A DNA stretch of 63,577 nucleotides, counting the filler, from Octopus bimaculoides (lineage: Eukaryota): assembly GCF_001194135.2 (NCBI RefSeq). It is 5 parts of 5 records of this genome, joined end to end, with 100 filler letters (N's around TTAATTAATTAA, not from the genome) between each part and the next. Parts side by side here need not be neighbours in the genome. Positions count along the whole stretch, not along the records: positions 40,987 to 58,493 come from NC_068986.1; positions 58,594 to 62,392 come from NC_068995.1; positions 62,493 to 63,577 come from NC_068981.1; 2 more parts are not named here. One strand, given 5' to 3'. Under the pieces are notes generated by a model. The model was not told where the DNA came from. It did not search any database and saw only the letters and a program-made list of their open reading frames with translations. This document shows positions 50,211-62,685 of the stretch, in pieces; position 1 is the first letter of the stretch, and each line of letters starts with the position of its first letter. The position numbers and the translations under genes are program-made.

Positions 50211-50482
50211 ATATATATAAGGAAGCAGGAAAAAATCTTGCTCCAACATATAAAAATACGCCAAAAATCGTTATAAAACCACCTGTGACTATGTTTCTTT
50301 GAATATTGTGCTGAGGATGAGAAATAAGTAATTTTACTGTTTTAATCTCGTAATTGGACCAATACACAATTGACTGTGGAGTTTTATTTTGTATTTTTGC
50401 AAGAGCTAAAGGTGTTTTTAAAACGCTTTTTGGCGTATTCTTACATGTTGGAACAGAATTTCCTCCTACTCCCTTATATAAT
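50211..50482. mobile_element. MITE with about 72-bp TIRs in TA-rich flanks
   Basis: 50211-50283 (tataaggaagcagg..ctccaacatataaaaatacgccaaaaatcgttataaaaccacc) is an imperfect reverse complement of 50411-50482. Confidence 0.8.
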
Positions 50483-50557
50483 TATATAATATATATATAT
50501 AATTATTATTTTAGTATATACGTACACATGTATATTTATTATGCCTATGGGCCTAGT

Positions 50558-50845
50558 GAAGGCGCGTGGCTTAGTGGTCAGGTCGTGAGTTCGATTTTCG
50601 GCGGCGCGTTGTGTCCCGCATGACACTTTAATTCACCATGCTCCAGTCCACTCAGCTAGCAAAAGTGAGTAGTACCTGTAATCCGAAGGGCCAGTCTTGT
50701 CACACTCTGTGTCACGCTGAATTTCCCTGAGAGCTAAGTTAAGGATACGCGTGCCTATGGAGTGCCTGGCCACTTGCATGCTAATGTCTGAGCAAGCTCT
50801 TCCGTATATCGGATCAACTGGGATTCTTGTTGTCGTAACCGACGA
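50558..50845 (+). mobile_element. Chimeric SINE: different head and centre, family-A 3' module
   Basis: Head ggcgcgtggcttagtgg..gagttcgatt; centre gttgtgtcc..gacactt..ctccagtccactcagct; then cctgtaat..cttgtcacactctgtgtcacgctgaat..gtcgtaaccgacg shared with family A. Confidence 0.75.
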
Positions 50846-51164
50846 TCTGTGAGTTATGGGCACATTACCTTTAGAACATACGTGTCTGTGGAATGTTCAA
50901 CCAGTTACTTGTTAATTTAACGATGGCAGTTTACTCATGGTCAAAAACGACGGAGATCCATTTTTTTATTCTATGTGCATACTACAGACTAAACTTGCGA
51001 AATGTTTTACATATTTTTACAGTTCTATTAACGGTTTGCAATTATGATTTCCTAATTATCTGTGTTCTTTCTGGTTTCCTGAAGCCAGAATGTTGTATGA
51101 TCATCAATGCTTGTTATTATAGATTATTTATCGATGCATATTTTGCAAGGTTATGTATAATTCA

Positions 51165-51262
51165 TCATTATCTTCATACCAGCCACCACGACCACCACTA
51201 CCATCGTTGTCGTCATCGTCGCAGCCATTGCTGTCGTTGTCGTCATTGTTATCATCATCGAT

Positions 51263-51308
<46 letters not shown>

Positions 51309-51383
51309 CACTATCATTATAAATATCATCATGTCGGCTTTTAGTTGCTTCGGAGTGAATTGCCATACAGAAAGGCACATAAA

Positions 51384-51415
<32 letters not shown>

Positions 51416-51441
51416 CGTGTGCGCGCGCGCGCGTTCGTGCA

Positions 51442-51473
<32 letters not shown>

Positions 51474-51540
51474 TATGTGTGCATGCGTGCGTGCGTATGT
51501 GTGCATGCGTGCGTGCGTCCGCGCACAAGTGTGTGTCTGA
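51165..51540. repeat. (CAT/CAC)n, (GT)n and (GCGT)n microsatellites
   Basis: Direct reading; source of the poly-H/M/S ORFs. Confidence 0.95.
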
Positions 51541-51974
51541 TTGTCTGTGATTGTATNNNNNNNNNNNNNNNNNNNNNNNNNNNNNNNNNNNTATGTGTGT
51601 CACAATAGCCCATATCGGTTGATGTATGTAAGAGAGAGAGAAGGGGGGGGGGTAGAGGGAGAGAAAGAGAAAGAGAGGGTGACTGACTATTTGCGTATGC
51701 TTGTTTGTGTATGTTTGTTTGCGTGGGACAATGATGGATAAGTTTTTATTCAATTATCAGAAATATATGTATATATAAAATAAATGAGATCATCGAGGAA
51801 TTATCAAAAAGAGTTGGTAGGGAGTAAGTATAGGGAACCCACATATGTCTGATGGACAGACTAACTGAGTTGGAGCAGATTGTTCCATTCAAGAAGTCAG
51901 ATGCGTGGTCAGGTGGATGAGACCAGGTATATGGAAGATCAGATACGTGATGTCAGAATCCTTCTTCCGGTTAG

Positions 51975-54660
51975 TATAATGCTTTACCTTTTCCTCTCTT
52001 AATATTCTGGTGTGTGGAGGCGCAATGGCCCAGTGGTTAGGGCAGCGAACTCGCGGTCGTAGGATCGCGGTCTCCATTCCCAGACCGGGCATTGTGAGTG
52101 TTTATTGAGCGAAAACACCCAAAGCTCCACGAGGCTCCGGCAGGGGGTAGTGGCGATCCCTGCTGTACTCTTTCACCACAACTTTCTCTCACTCTTATTT
52201 CCTGTTACTGTTGTGCCTGTAATTCAAAGGGTCAGCCTTGTCACACTGTGTCACGCTGAATATCCCCGAGAACTACGTTAAGGGTACACGTGTCTGTGGA
52301 GTGCTCAGCCACTTGCACGTTAATTTCACGAGCAGGCTGTTCCGTTGATCGGATCAACAGGAAGCCTCGTCGTCGTAACCGACGGAGTGCCAACAAAATT
52401 CTGGTGTCAAATGGTCATCTCAAGTCATTTATGTTACATTGTTTCTTCTTGTCGTTGATGATTACTATATCTGGTCTGATGTGTTCTATTCTTCTTTCCG
52501 TTTGCATAAGAACTTTTTTTACGAGGAACTTCCTTTCATTACTTTCAAATACTTGCGTTTCTACTCCTACAGAATGGTTAGAGCTCTTTTCTGTGCATAC
52601 AAAGCCAAATTTCACGCTAAAGTTCCAAGGAATTCTTGCAGCCATCTTATCATGCCAAAACTCTTTATATTCATTCTGAGCTGCCTGGACATTTTTATCC
52701 AATATGACCTATAGGAGTATCGAAAACACAACACACTCCACATTTGAATGAATAATCTTGTTAATCTATCGTCTACTTGATCCAATTTACCTTTAGGGCC
52801 TGTTTCTGTGCTTCCAAGATAACTCCTCGATGTCTTAGTACCACATTTTCTCATCGTATCCATCTCCCTTGTTATCCCTCATCTTACCTTTTTTGTGTTT
52901 TTGAAAGCCACTAAACGAAGCTTCCTTCCTTCAAAGTTTCATTTCTTTTTCCCACATATTCCCTTTTAGTCTTTAGTGGGTTCTGTACCTTCGGTAAATA
53001 TTCACTTATTACTTTCTTAATTTTCGTGTTTTTCTTCTAAATAAAAACCCAGACTTTTCTTTTCTACTTCTACCACCGCTTTGACACTTAGTAACGCTCT
53101 TCCTCTTTTTCTTTTCCAATATAGCTGGTACACATCTGATTGGAGATGCAGATTTCTGTAAATTATCCACTGCTTTCTCGTTTTCCTTCCGATATCATTC
53201 AGCTCATTCTTTCTCCATTCAATAATTCTTGCACCATACCTTAATAGTGATACTCCCCTCCGGTCAATTGTTTGTAAGATGTTTCCGCATTGAATCTGGA
53301 TTTTAGAATCTTACTCAGCGAAAATATTCTGTACTGAAGGCTTCCTTCATTTTATGCTTTGATCTTGTTGTTTTCCAGTATTCCCAGATTTTTGTATGAC
53401 TCTTCTACATTAAAAGATTTTATATTCCCCTCATTAGATACATTTGTTACGGTACATTTTATGGGTTTTCCTCGTTTTGTCTCATAGCACATTTTTCGTT
53501 CCCAAAAGTCATCCCAGTGTTGTTACCTAATATATTTACAGTTGACATTAAGGAGACCAGTTCCTTCTTGTCCTAGATATAAAGTTTTAAATCATAGATA
53601 TATAATTCATTTTCTCCCATTCCTTCCCAGCTAGAATTCTTACTTAGTTCGCTTTTTAATATAATCGAATTGAAAGTCTGTCCCTTTGAGAAATCCCTCT
53701 TCCGTTCTGTTAAGCGGTTAATCTTTCACTTCCTCATATTAACTCTGCTTTCCAATGAAGTACTGAATTTTCTAATTGGCACCTAATTTTCTCGAGATCT
53801 TGAACAGTTCTTGACATCACTTGATCCCCGAGTGTAGAAATAGATCGTACGCTTTTCTATAATCAATGTAGCGCATAAATTTGTCAATCTCTTTCTTCAA
53901 TTCCTCAAGCACGACATTTGAATCATGAATTAGTCCGTCCTTCCTACTCTTTTACGATATCCGCCTTGTCCATCAGGCATTAGATTTTTCTTATGTAGGG
54001 TTTGACAATTCTTCCGTATTTATCCTTGTTAGAAGTTTCCATATAATTGGTAGATATGATTCTCGTAAATGTCTTCCAATATTTCGCAGGTTCTTCCTCA
54101 AGTTACCCATGATGATATTTCCTACCTTTGATATACATTTATTAGGTTGTATCACTATGGTTTCATCAAAGCTCGTAAACCCTTTAAGACAGTAATTATG
54201 GGCCAAGTCTGCGCCTGTTGCTTTCCTATATTTTATGTTGCTTGTTTATATTTGCTTTCATGGTGGAAACATCTTTCTGCGTTTCAACATTTGCAATAAT
54301 TTTTCACTTCTTGATATCGGCATTTATCCTCACATTTCTCCTCCAAGTAGCTTGCTTTTCAGCATTCGGTCTTCTGTTATCAATCCTCTCATTTCATTCA
54401 AATACATCAAAAAGGTGTTTCTGGTTTCATAGAAGCCGATTTTGCTTCTACTGGTTGTTTCTTTCTTCATATTTTCTGATTTTAGCAGCTTTTGCCTTTA
54501 CTCGCTGCTTTAATTCTACGATCATTGTCCTAATTCCTGTTCTCCCTTATCAATACATTTCCGCTCATCTAAGTTTTCTCTTCTTCCATTAATTTATCCT
54601 ACTTTCGTTGCCGAAGTTTGCTTATATTTTTCCCAAGGCTGCTAAACTTCATTAGCATCT
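51975..54660 (-). mobile_element. R4/Dong-like REL non-LTR retrotransposon, degenerate (RT plus REL endonuclease)
   Basis: ELKQRVKAKAAKIRKY..QNRL, WKATGADLAHNYCLKGFTS, LPIIWKLLT, LYIYDLKLY (YMDD relic)..GMTFGNEKCA, AQNEYK..HDKMAARI..MQTERRIEHIRPDIVII..PFDTRI..EEKVKHY. Confidence 0.88.
52014..52397 (+). mobile_element. SINE family A inserted in the Dong REL domain
   Basis: TSD attctggtgt at 52004-52013 and 52398-52407; removing the SINE restores PFDTRILREEK. Confidence 0.93.
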
Positions 54661-55369
54661 GCCTTCTCCGCCATTGTTGTTGTTGTTGCTGTTGCTGCTG
54701 CAGTTGTTGTTTTGACAATAATGAGGATAATAATGATATGTATGTAACTATATTAACCATAAACGTACTTATAAAGAGACAAACTCACATTTATACATTC
54801 ATACACATATACATAGATACGCAAGCAGAAAAGCACAAACATACAAACGTGCGCGCTCACACACATACACACACACACATACACACATTCACACACACTC
54901 ACACACACACATACACACACACACATACATTCACACACACTCACACACACACACATACACACACACAAGGAATCGATAATTCGAAAAATCAATTGAAAAG
55001 ATGATAACTACCTTGTTAATGCGTTACATATTTTTTTGTATTTACTACCGTTTCTGTCTTCTGCTCTTGAACTGAAGTGGAACAAAAATAAAAAAACTAA
55101 AATTTAATCAGTTCAGTTAAACTATTCATTGTAGCAGTGATGAGAGAGAATAGAGTGTAAAGTGGTAATGTGGCGGTAGAAGGAAACGAGCGGGAAGTGG
55201 TGTAAGCAGAGCTGGATTAAGTGTATTTTTCATAAAACATTCTAGAATGTATTTCGCAAGCATACATCACCTGTTGTCCATTAAAATTCTAAGACAAATT
55301 CAAAGGTTTATTAATTTCAGGAGAAAAGCTTCAACTATTGATATACTAAGGACAATTTTATAAATACAT

Positions 55370-55680
55370 ACTCAAGTATATCTTCTACTACTACTCTCTA
55401 CTAGCCTCTATTAGCTCCCACTCTTGAACTATCTCTTCTCCTCTCACCATTCCCTATCTTAATACCCCCACCCACCCAATTCCTCCCTCTAATACTTTCA
55501 ACTCTTCACATTCAATCATTCCATCTTTGAATTTCTCTCCTTCAGAATCTCAAATGTAAGATCTCTTCCCTGCAGATGGTGACTTGTATCATCCTATGAT
55601 GGAATCAATCTACAAATATTATTATGGACCACCGAGCTCCCAGAAACAGCTGTTGGATTTGTAATGTTTTTCCTCCACCA
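55370..55680 (+). mobile_element. Possible second H3/Penelope terminal relic
   Basis: Pyrimidine-rich block followed by ccca-GAAAC-agct-GTT-ggat (55639-55658). The upstream CUGAUGA cannot be recognised. Confidence 0.3.
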
Positions 55681-55865
55681 TTTTAATCCTTTATATCATT
55701 TCTAATCTGTGTTAGTTGGACCTTTTTATATGTATCCATAACTAAATTTTTTGTATTTCATGGATTTAATACATTTTATATGTATTCGCTTATCCCTACG
55801 TTTACATGTATAAATTAATGTCTATATGCTTATGCATACATACGCCTACACTATATATCAATCAT

Positions 55866-55918
55866 CTTTTACTTTTATTTGTGTCAGTCATTGGACTGTG
55901 GCCATGCTGGGGCGCCAC
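55866..55918 (-). mobile_element. SINE family C 3' end
   Basis: tcagtcattggactgtggccatgctggggcgcc matches 18018-18065. Confidence 0.7.
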
Positions 55919-56839
55919 TGTTATGGAGAAATAAAGAAAGCAAGAGCAGTTATCAAGCGGTGTGTGGGAGGCAAATAGAAACACAAAGGCATACACATAT
56001 ACGTACATGAAAAAAGAAAAGAAAGGGGAAAAGAAGAACCCTTCCTTTCTCTTATTCTTTTTCTTCCTCTTCTCCCACTATTCTATCGTTTTAACTCTAT
56101 CCTTTTACTCTTTCGTTTTCTCTCTTCCTTTTTCTTATTCTTTTACCTCCCCTTCTCCCTCTCTTTTTTCTCTCTTATCCTATCTCCAAATCTTTTCCTC
56201 TCTCCTTCACAGTTCTCTGTCTGTTACACTCTCTCCCTCGTTCTTCTTTCTTTGCTCACGTAGCTCCCACGTGACCATCGGCCATTTTTCTTTCTTCTCC
56301 TAGCTTGTGTTTCATTCTTTCTTCCTGTTGCAGTTGGACAGGGAAGACGTATTCTCGTCTGTCTCCTGTGCAAAATTGTTTCTTCGCGTTCGCCACTACA
56401 ACCACGTTTAGGCTTAGCAGCACTTCTTGCTTGTTTTCACTGTCCTGCTTTTGTCACCAATTTTGACCGTCCGCAACATCCCAAATTTTATTTAATTTGC
56501 TTTGCGGGAGCAACTGTTTTATCGAAAGCGTATCTTGTCGTGAATTGCTCGAAATTAGATTAGAAAAACAACCGAGAACTGATGAAGGGTCATTCTTTGC
56601 GTTGTTTGTCTTGCTTTCCATTTATTTCTTTCGTTGTTCGCAAAAAAGTTCATATTCCATCTCCTCGAACTTCGTATTTTTGTTGTTTACGCTTCGTGAC
56701 GTCCTTTGCCCACATATGCATATGTATATACGTATACATGTAAGTAAGTACGTATACGTATGTATATATGCATATATATATAAAAATATATTATTTATAT
56801 TATTATATGATTGAACGCTACACATCTTTTTCCAAGTAA

Positions 56840-56877
<38 letters not shown>

Positions 56878-57369
56878 GATCAGTATTCAAGCGAATAAGG
56901 CACTTAAATGGTAAAGAACCGGGTCGGGTCGAAAAGTAAAATGTGTACACAACAAAATAGAGGAATACATGCGCAGGTACCGAAGTACAGGCAAAGAAAT
57001 ATTCAGGTTATCTATACGATTAATTGTACCCGATTGAGTATATCAGTATCCCTAATACTACCAAATTGAACCAACAAATTCAATTTATGACCAGCAGGGG
57101 TCATAAATCATGAAGGCGTATATGCCGTTGGCTTTTGAATGTCTTTGAATGTTGTGGATTCACGTATTCACTTCATGAAAACGTTTTGTTCTAATGAGGT
57201 AATGTCTTCATTATTCAATTAAAAATTCGTTAGAAATAGTTGTAGCGAATTGATACATTATCCATCTGTTGCTATACATATAAGGCGATACCAATTCAAT
57301 CCGTACAATAGCATGCGAATTGATTTCTTGACCTTTACACTACGTCATACAGGACACCTGTTACGTCAC

Positions 57370-57485
57370 CATTGCTTTTCATCTTTTCGGGATCAATAGA
57401 TAAATACCAGATAAGCACCGGGATTAATGTAATCGACTTTTTTACCTTCTCCGAAATTGCTGGCCTTGTGCCAAAATTTAAAAAT
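57370..57485 (+). mobile_element. SINE family B 3' fragment
   Basis: ttgcttttcatcttttcggg..taatgtaatcgact..gccttgtgccaaaattt. Confidence 0.7.
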
Positions 57486-57619
57486 CAATTTTATAAGATG
57501 ATTAATTAAATAGCTAGTTTATTAACGTTTCCTCTCTGTAGACAACTAACCAGTTGCATACTAGAAGCTACTTAGCTAACAATGACGACTTACGCGATCC
57601 ATGCTAATTGGTATATACG

Positions 57620-58163
57620 CAGGGTGTCCCAAAATTAAGGCTACCAACTTTTTTTGGTTTTGTCAAAGCAAACTAGTGTTATATTTCGGGTCCGAGCGTT
57701 GCAATGCAGTAGTAATAGAAACACAATTATGACATTACCACATTTATTCGATATGATCACCTCTGTTTCGAATAACAGCCTTAAGTCTAGGTGCGAATGC
57801 TTCACACGCGCCGTATCTTTTCTGTGGTACTTTTGATAGGGTGAGGCCGCAGCACACTTCTTTTTCGACCACGTCCAGGTCGATCATCGGTGAAAGTAGT
57901 CTCTTGAAATTTTCCACACTGTTGTTCGTTTAACTTTAAACGTTTTTGTTACAGCTGTATTACTTTCACCTCCTTTGTAGAGGGTTATGATTGTATTTCG
58001 GTCTATACCCATTATCTAATTTATAAACGTGAATTAATTTAGTCTGAAGCAAAAAGAAGACACACTAAGCTTTTATAATGATGTACAATTTTCATATCTT
58101 ATCACATTTATTGATGATTATTAAAACCCGAAACTTCGGCTACCTTAAATTCGGGACACCCTG
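57620..58163 (-). mobile_element. Internally deleted Tc1/maT-like transposon
   Basis: TIRs cagggtgtcccaaaattaagg and ccttaaattcgggacaccctg-TA. N-terminal DRNTIITLYKGGESNT..TFKVKRTTVWK..DRPGRGRKRS is fused to C-terminal ACEAFAPRLKAVIRNRGDHIE*. Confidence 0.85.
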
Positions 58164-58493
58164 TATGTATGTATGTATGTATGTATGTATGTATGTATGT
58201 ATGCATGTCGTGTTTTTTGTCCGCCACTACATTCCTCCATGGCAAGATTTAATTTGCGTATACAAATTTAATCTGCGGTCCATGGGATGAGCCGTTTTAA
58301 CGATGCGTCCTGCCCAAGCTCTTCGAAACACCGGTGTTAAAACGTGGGTAGCTGATGAAGTAGAATGTTCTCTATGTGGCTTGTGTGTTTTCTCGTCTAC
58401 GTTTTGTTTGCAATGTCCTGTACCCAGATATGCACCTATACATACAGGTGGATGTCGGTATGCACATACCTGTACGTATATATGCATATACTC

Positions 58494-58593
58494 NNNNNNN
58501 NNNNNNNNNNNNNNNNNNNNNNNNNNNNNNNNNNNNNTTAATTAATTAANNNNNNNNNNNNNNNNNNNNNNNNNNNNNNNNNNNNNNNNNNNN
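58494..58593. other. Artificial scaffold linker
   Basis: N44-TTAATTAATTAA-N44. Confidence 0.9.
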
Positions 58594-58597
58594 TATA

Positions 58598-58633
<36 letters not shown>

Positions 58634-58721
58634 TAAAACGGTAGACATAAAAGCATGTACCTCTGCAATATACAGTACGTGGTCATTCGTTTATCAGATA
58701 GGCAAACTAACTAACTAACTG

Positions 58722-58774
<53 letters not shown>

Positions 58775-58800
58775 ACATACATACATACATACATACATAG

Positions 58801-58855
<55 letters not shown>

Positions 58856-58887
58856 CACAAATATGTATATATATGTGTGTATACGTT

Positions 58888-58919
<32 letters not shown>

Positions 58920-59140
58920 TTGACAACGTCTTCCCCACTTCCCAATATGCAAATATGTATCTATGTCCTACAGAATATATCGCAAAAATCTCCACTGACA
59001 CCATTACGTCTGGCGACCTTTAATCGCTGGGATACCGTTGACATGTTGATGGGTTTCAAAATACCACTCTGAAGAGCGCTGGTCAGTCACCCTAACGATT
59101 CGGCAATAAATATGTACCGCTGTAATGTTTATTGCTTGCA

Positions 59141-59206
<66 letters not shown>

Positions 59207-59546
59207 CTATATATATATGGCTGTCATTCGATTTACGACAAGTATCCTAATTATGTTTGTAAATTTATTTGTAATTTTGAACCTCTATTTACGCTTTAGC
59301 AGGCTTTGTTATATTGTCGTTTCTTTTCACATTTTGCATTTCCAATATACATCAATNNNNNNNNNNNNNNNNNNNNNNNNNNNNNNNNNNNNNNNNNNNN
59401 NNNNNNNNNNNNNNNNNNNNNNNNNNNNNNNNNNNNNNNNNNNNNNNNNNNNNNNNNNNNNNNNNNNNNNNNNNNNNNNNNNNNNNNNNNNNNNNNNNNN
59501 NNNNNNNNNNNNNNNNNNNNNNNNNNNNNNNNNNNNNNNNNNNNNN

Positions 59547-59589
<43 letters not shown>

Positions 59590-60091
59590 TACATATAGCT
59601 GAGACACTCTGATATAAGCCGGTGAAGTTTTTATGCTATTTTATTGAAATGACAATGCCGGTCACTCTCCCTCTCTCTCTCTTTCTCTCTCCTTCTCACT
59701 CTCTCTCTCTCTCTCTGTCATTCTCACTCTCCCTCTCCCTCTCTCTGTATTGATTTATCGATTCTGTTACAAAAGTAAAAGTTCAACAGAGAAACACACT
59801 TGTTTCTCTAGTACAAAGTACTATAACGAAAAAATGGAGGTTAAGCTGTTATCAGCAATGATAAGATGGAAGTAGCTAACATCAACAGAAAGCTATTAGT
59901 CAAACATTGATTTCCCTCAGTAATCGGTCCACGTCTATGAGTAATAGTTAAAGTGAAAGTAAATCGAAATCATTTTTGGTTTGCTCGAATCATTCGCTCC
60001 GACGCCTGCGAAGCAAATACAGCCTTATTTGTTTTTATTTTATTCTATTTTATTTATCCTCCTTTATTATCATCATGATCATCATCATCAT

Positions 60092-60166
<75 letters not shown>

Positions 60167-61502
60167 ATGTGTATTGCTAAGACGACGATCACATTGCTTG
60201 CTCAGTTGCTTTTAACGAAACATTGGTATCACAGAGAAATATCTACATTTATTTTTGCATTAATGTCCTTCTGTTGACATCTACTTGGATACATTAAAGC
60301 GAATAATGAAAACAAGCTTTTCAAAACAAAGCAAAAAGAATTTAAAAAAACAGAAACTAAAAAGAAAAACAAATAAACACAAAGGCTTTTGATAAATATA
60401 TATAAAATATGATGAGTATAAACGTAAAACTCGAATCCCCAAAACCGTTGATAAACTCGTCTAACATTTCAGTATTTGCATGGAAGCCATTATGTTTATA
60501 TTTATGTCGTAGAAACAAAGCGACGAAAGTCTGGACGCAAAGCCTGCCTGTTGTGAAGAGATCGACGGTTTGTTTAAGTTCCGCAAGAAACATGGCTGCC
60601 GGCCGCTCGGCTGGTTGTCTAGCTGTCTGTCTGTTTATCTGCCTGTCTGTCTTACTGTCTGACTGGCTGGCTGATAAACTCAACCTGCCAGCCAGTTTAT
60701 ACCACAGCATGTCATCAGTAGACAATCGGGTTATTGAGATACAATTACAGACTTCGAAGATTAATTATAGCGTTAATTATAAATCACGTGACTTCGTAAT
60801 CTCTCGTGTCTACTACGGGCTTGAACTTGTTCGTTAACCTCGAGTTAGACCTACAGTGAAAGACATCCCGAGCATGACAATCGGGTCTCTGCAAATCAGA
60901 ACACATTAAACTAATTTGTCCTTACATCGTTTCAGACGGCAGTGTGCGATTTGACGAGGATTTAGCTGCTATTTCTAGAAATGAACTGACCACATTAAAA
61001 ACCATCTTCTTGATTTGTCTGTTAAATACAGTTGGTCTTGGTACAAACATTGATTTTTGTTAAAGCTCTCATGTTAATGAGAACATTTGACCAGTAACTA
61101 ACTGATCGATCGTCACTGTGAATATCTTTAAGCGATCGTCACGCGTTTAAATGGTGAATGGATATCCACCGGTCTCGACGATAACTATTGTGATTGTCGG
61201 ATAAGGAGAACAGCTTACTGATTATATTAAGGTGTATGTGGATGAGTTTTCCACACTCTTACACTCACAAATGTTCACACACACAAACCGACACTCCTTG
61301 ACAATCACATATACACATGTGTAATAATAACATATTTCTCACGGATAATTCGCATTAGAGTTGGGGATATAATTGGCTGCTAAATTACAAATAAAAATTT
61401 ATTACAGCCAGCCAATTAGTTTTTTACAAGTTTCGTTTAAAAGGATTCAGAAAATCTGACGCTTTGGTAGAAGATAGTTGCTTAAGAAAAATACAAAATA
61501 GT

Positions 61503-61746
61503 TTTTACTATAGGCACAAATGCCTGATACGTTTGGGACGGACGTTAGTCGATTACATCGACCCCAGTGTATAACTGATACTTATTTCATCGATCCCTCG
61601 GTGTAACTGGTACTTATTTCATCGACCCAAAAATGATGAAAGGCAAAGTCTACCTCGGCGGAATTTGAACTCAGAACGTAAATACAGACGAAATGCTGCC
61701 AAGCATTTTACCCGGCGTGCTAGCGGTTCTGCCAGCTCGCCGCCCT
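61503..61746 (-). mobile_element. SINE family B with internal tandem duplication of about 35 bp
   Basis: aactgRtacttatttcatcga occurs twice (61560-61630). Confidence 0.88.
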
Positions 61747-61869
61747 CAAGACGCTACGTACTGATATCGAACTCGGAACCTATTTCCGGCAAATCGAACA
61801 TCGGAACTCTTCGAATGCGTGACGCATTTGATCTCTGAAATATATGTACACATTGCGAAAATTTTATAT

Positions 61870-62115
61870 AAGGTAGCGAGCTAGTAGAAGTGTTACACGT
61901 CAGATAACTTACTTAGCGGTGTTTTCTAGCTCTTTGAGTTCTGAGGTCAAATACTACTGCGGTCAACATTTAGGCATCGCTAAAATAAGTACTACTTTGG
62001 CTCGATGTATTTACGAAAAAATAAGTACCACATGAGCACTGGATTCAATATAATAGCAATAAAATAGGTACCACTTGAGCACTTGGCTCTATGTAATGCA
62101 CTTAACTCTCCTCGA
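61870..62115 (+). mobile_element. Old SINE family B with triplicated central module
   Basis: aaataRgtacYac..gcact units occur three times; head aaggtagcgagctagtagaa. Confidence 0.6.
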
Positions 62116-62229
62116 AAATGGGATAAAATCAGAAGGAATTATCATCCTGTTATATATATAAAATGGGATGATAAGTCGCAATAGAAATCCTACCTTTCAA
62201 CAAACGTTTTATAGTTTAAAGACTTATTC

Positions 62230-62357
62230 TCCAACTACATAGTTCCGGGTTCAGTCCCATTGCAGGGCACCTTGAGCAAGGGTCTTCTACTATAGCTTCG
62301 GGCAGACCAAAGCCATGTGAGCGGATTTCGTAGACGAAAATTGAAAGAAGCCCGTCA
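62230..62357 (+). mobile_element. SINE family C 5' module
   Basis: gttccgggttcagtccc..gaaagaagcccgtc. Confidence 0.85.
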
Positions 62358-62392
<35 letters not shown>

Positions 62393-62492
62393 NNNNNNNN
62401 NNNNNNNNNNNNNNNNNNNNNNNNNNNNNNNNNNNNTTAATTAATTAANNNNNNNNNNNNNNNNNNNNNNNNNNNNNNNNNNNNNNNNNNNN
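62393..62492. other. Artificial scaffold linker
   Basis: N44-TTAATTAATTAA-N44. Confidence 0.9.
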
Positions 62493-62529
<37 letters not shown>

Positions 62530-62531
62530 TA

Positions 62532-62685
62532 TGACGGGCTTCTTTCAGTTTCCGTCTACCAAATCCACTCACAAGGCTTTGGTCGGCCCGAGGCTATAGT
62601 AGAAGACACTTGCCCAAGGTGCCACGCAGTGGGACTGAACCCAGAACCATGTGGTTGGTAAGTAAGCTACTTACCACACAGCCAC
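62532..62685 (-). mobile_element. SINE family C 5' module
   Basis: Least diverged C copy; inverted relative to 62230-62357. Confidence 0.9.

Noticed and set aside
56579-56605. CTGATGAAGGG
   Set aside because: No paired stem II and no downstream GAAAC.
60357-60837. Overlapping 122-aa and 142-aa ORFs
   Set aside because: Driven by (CTGT/CTGG)n-like low complexity with no family resemblance.
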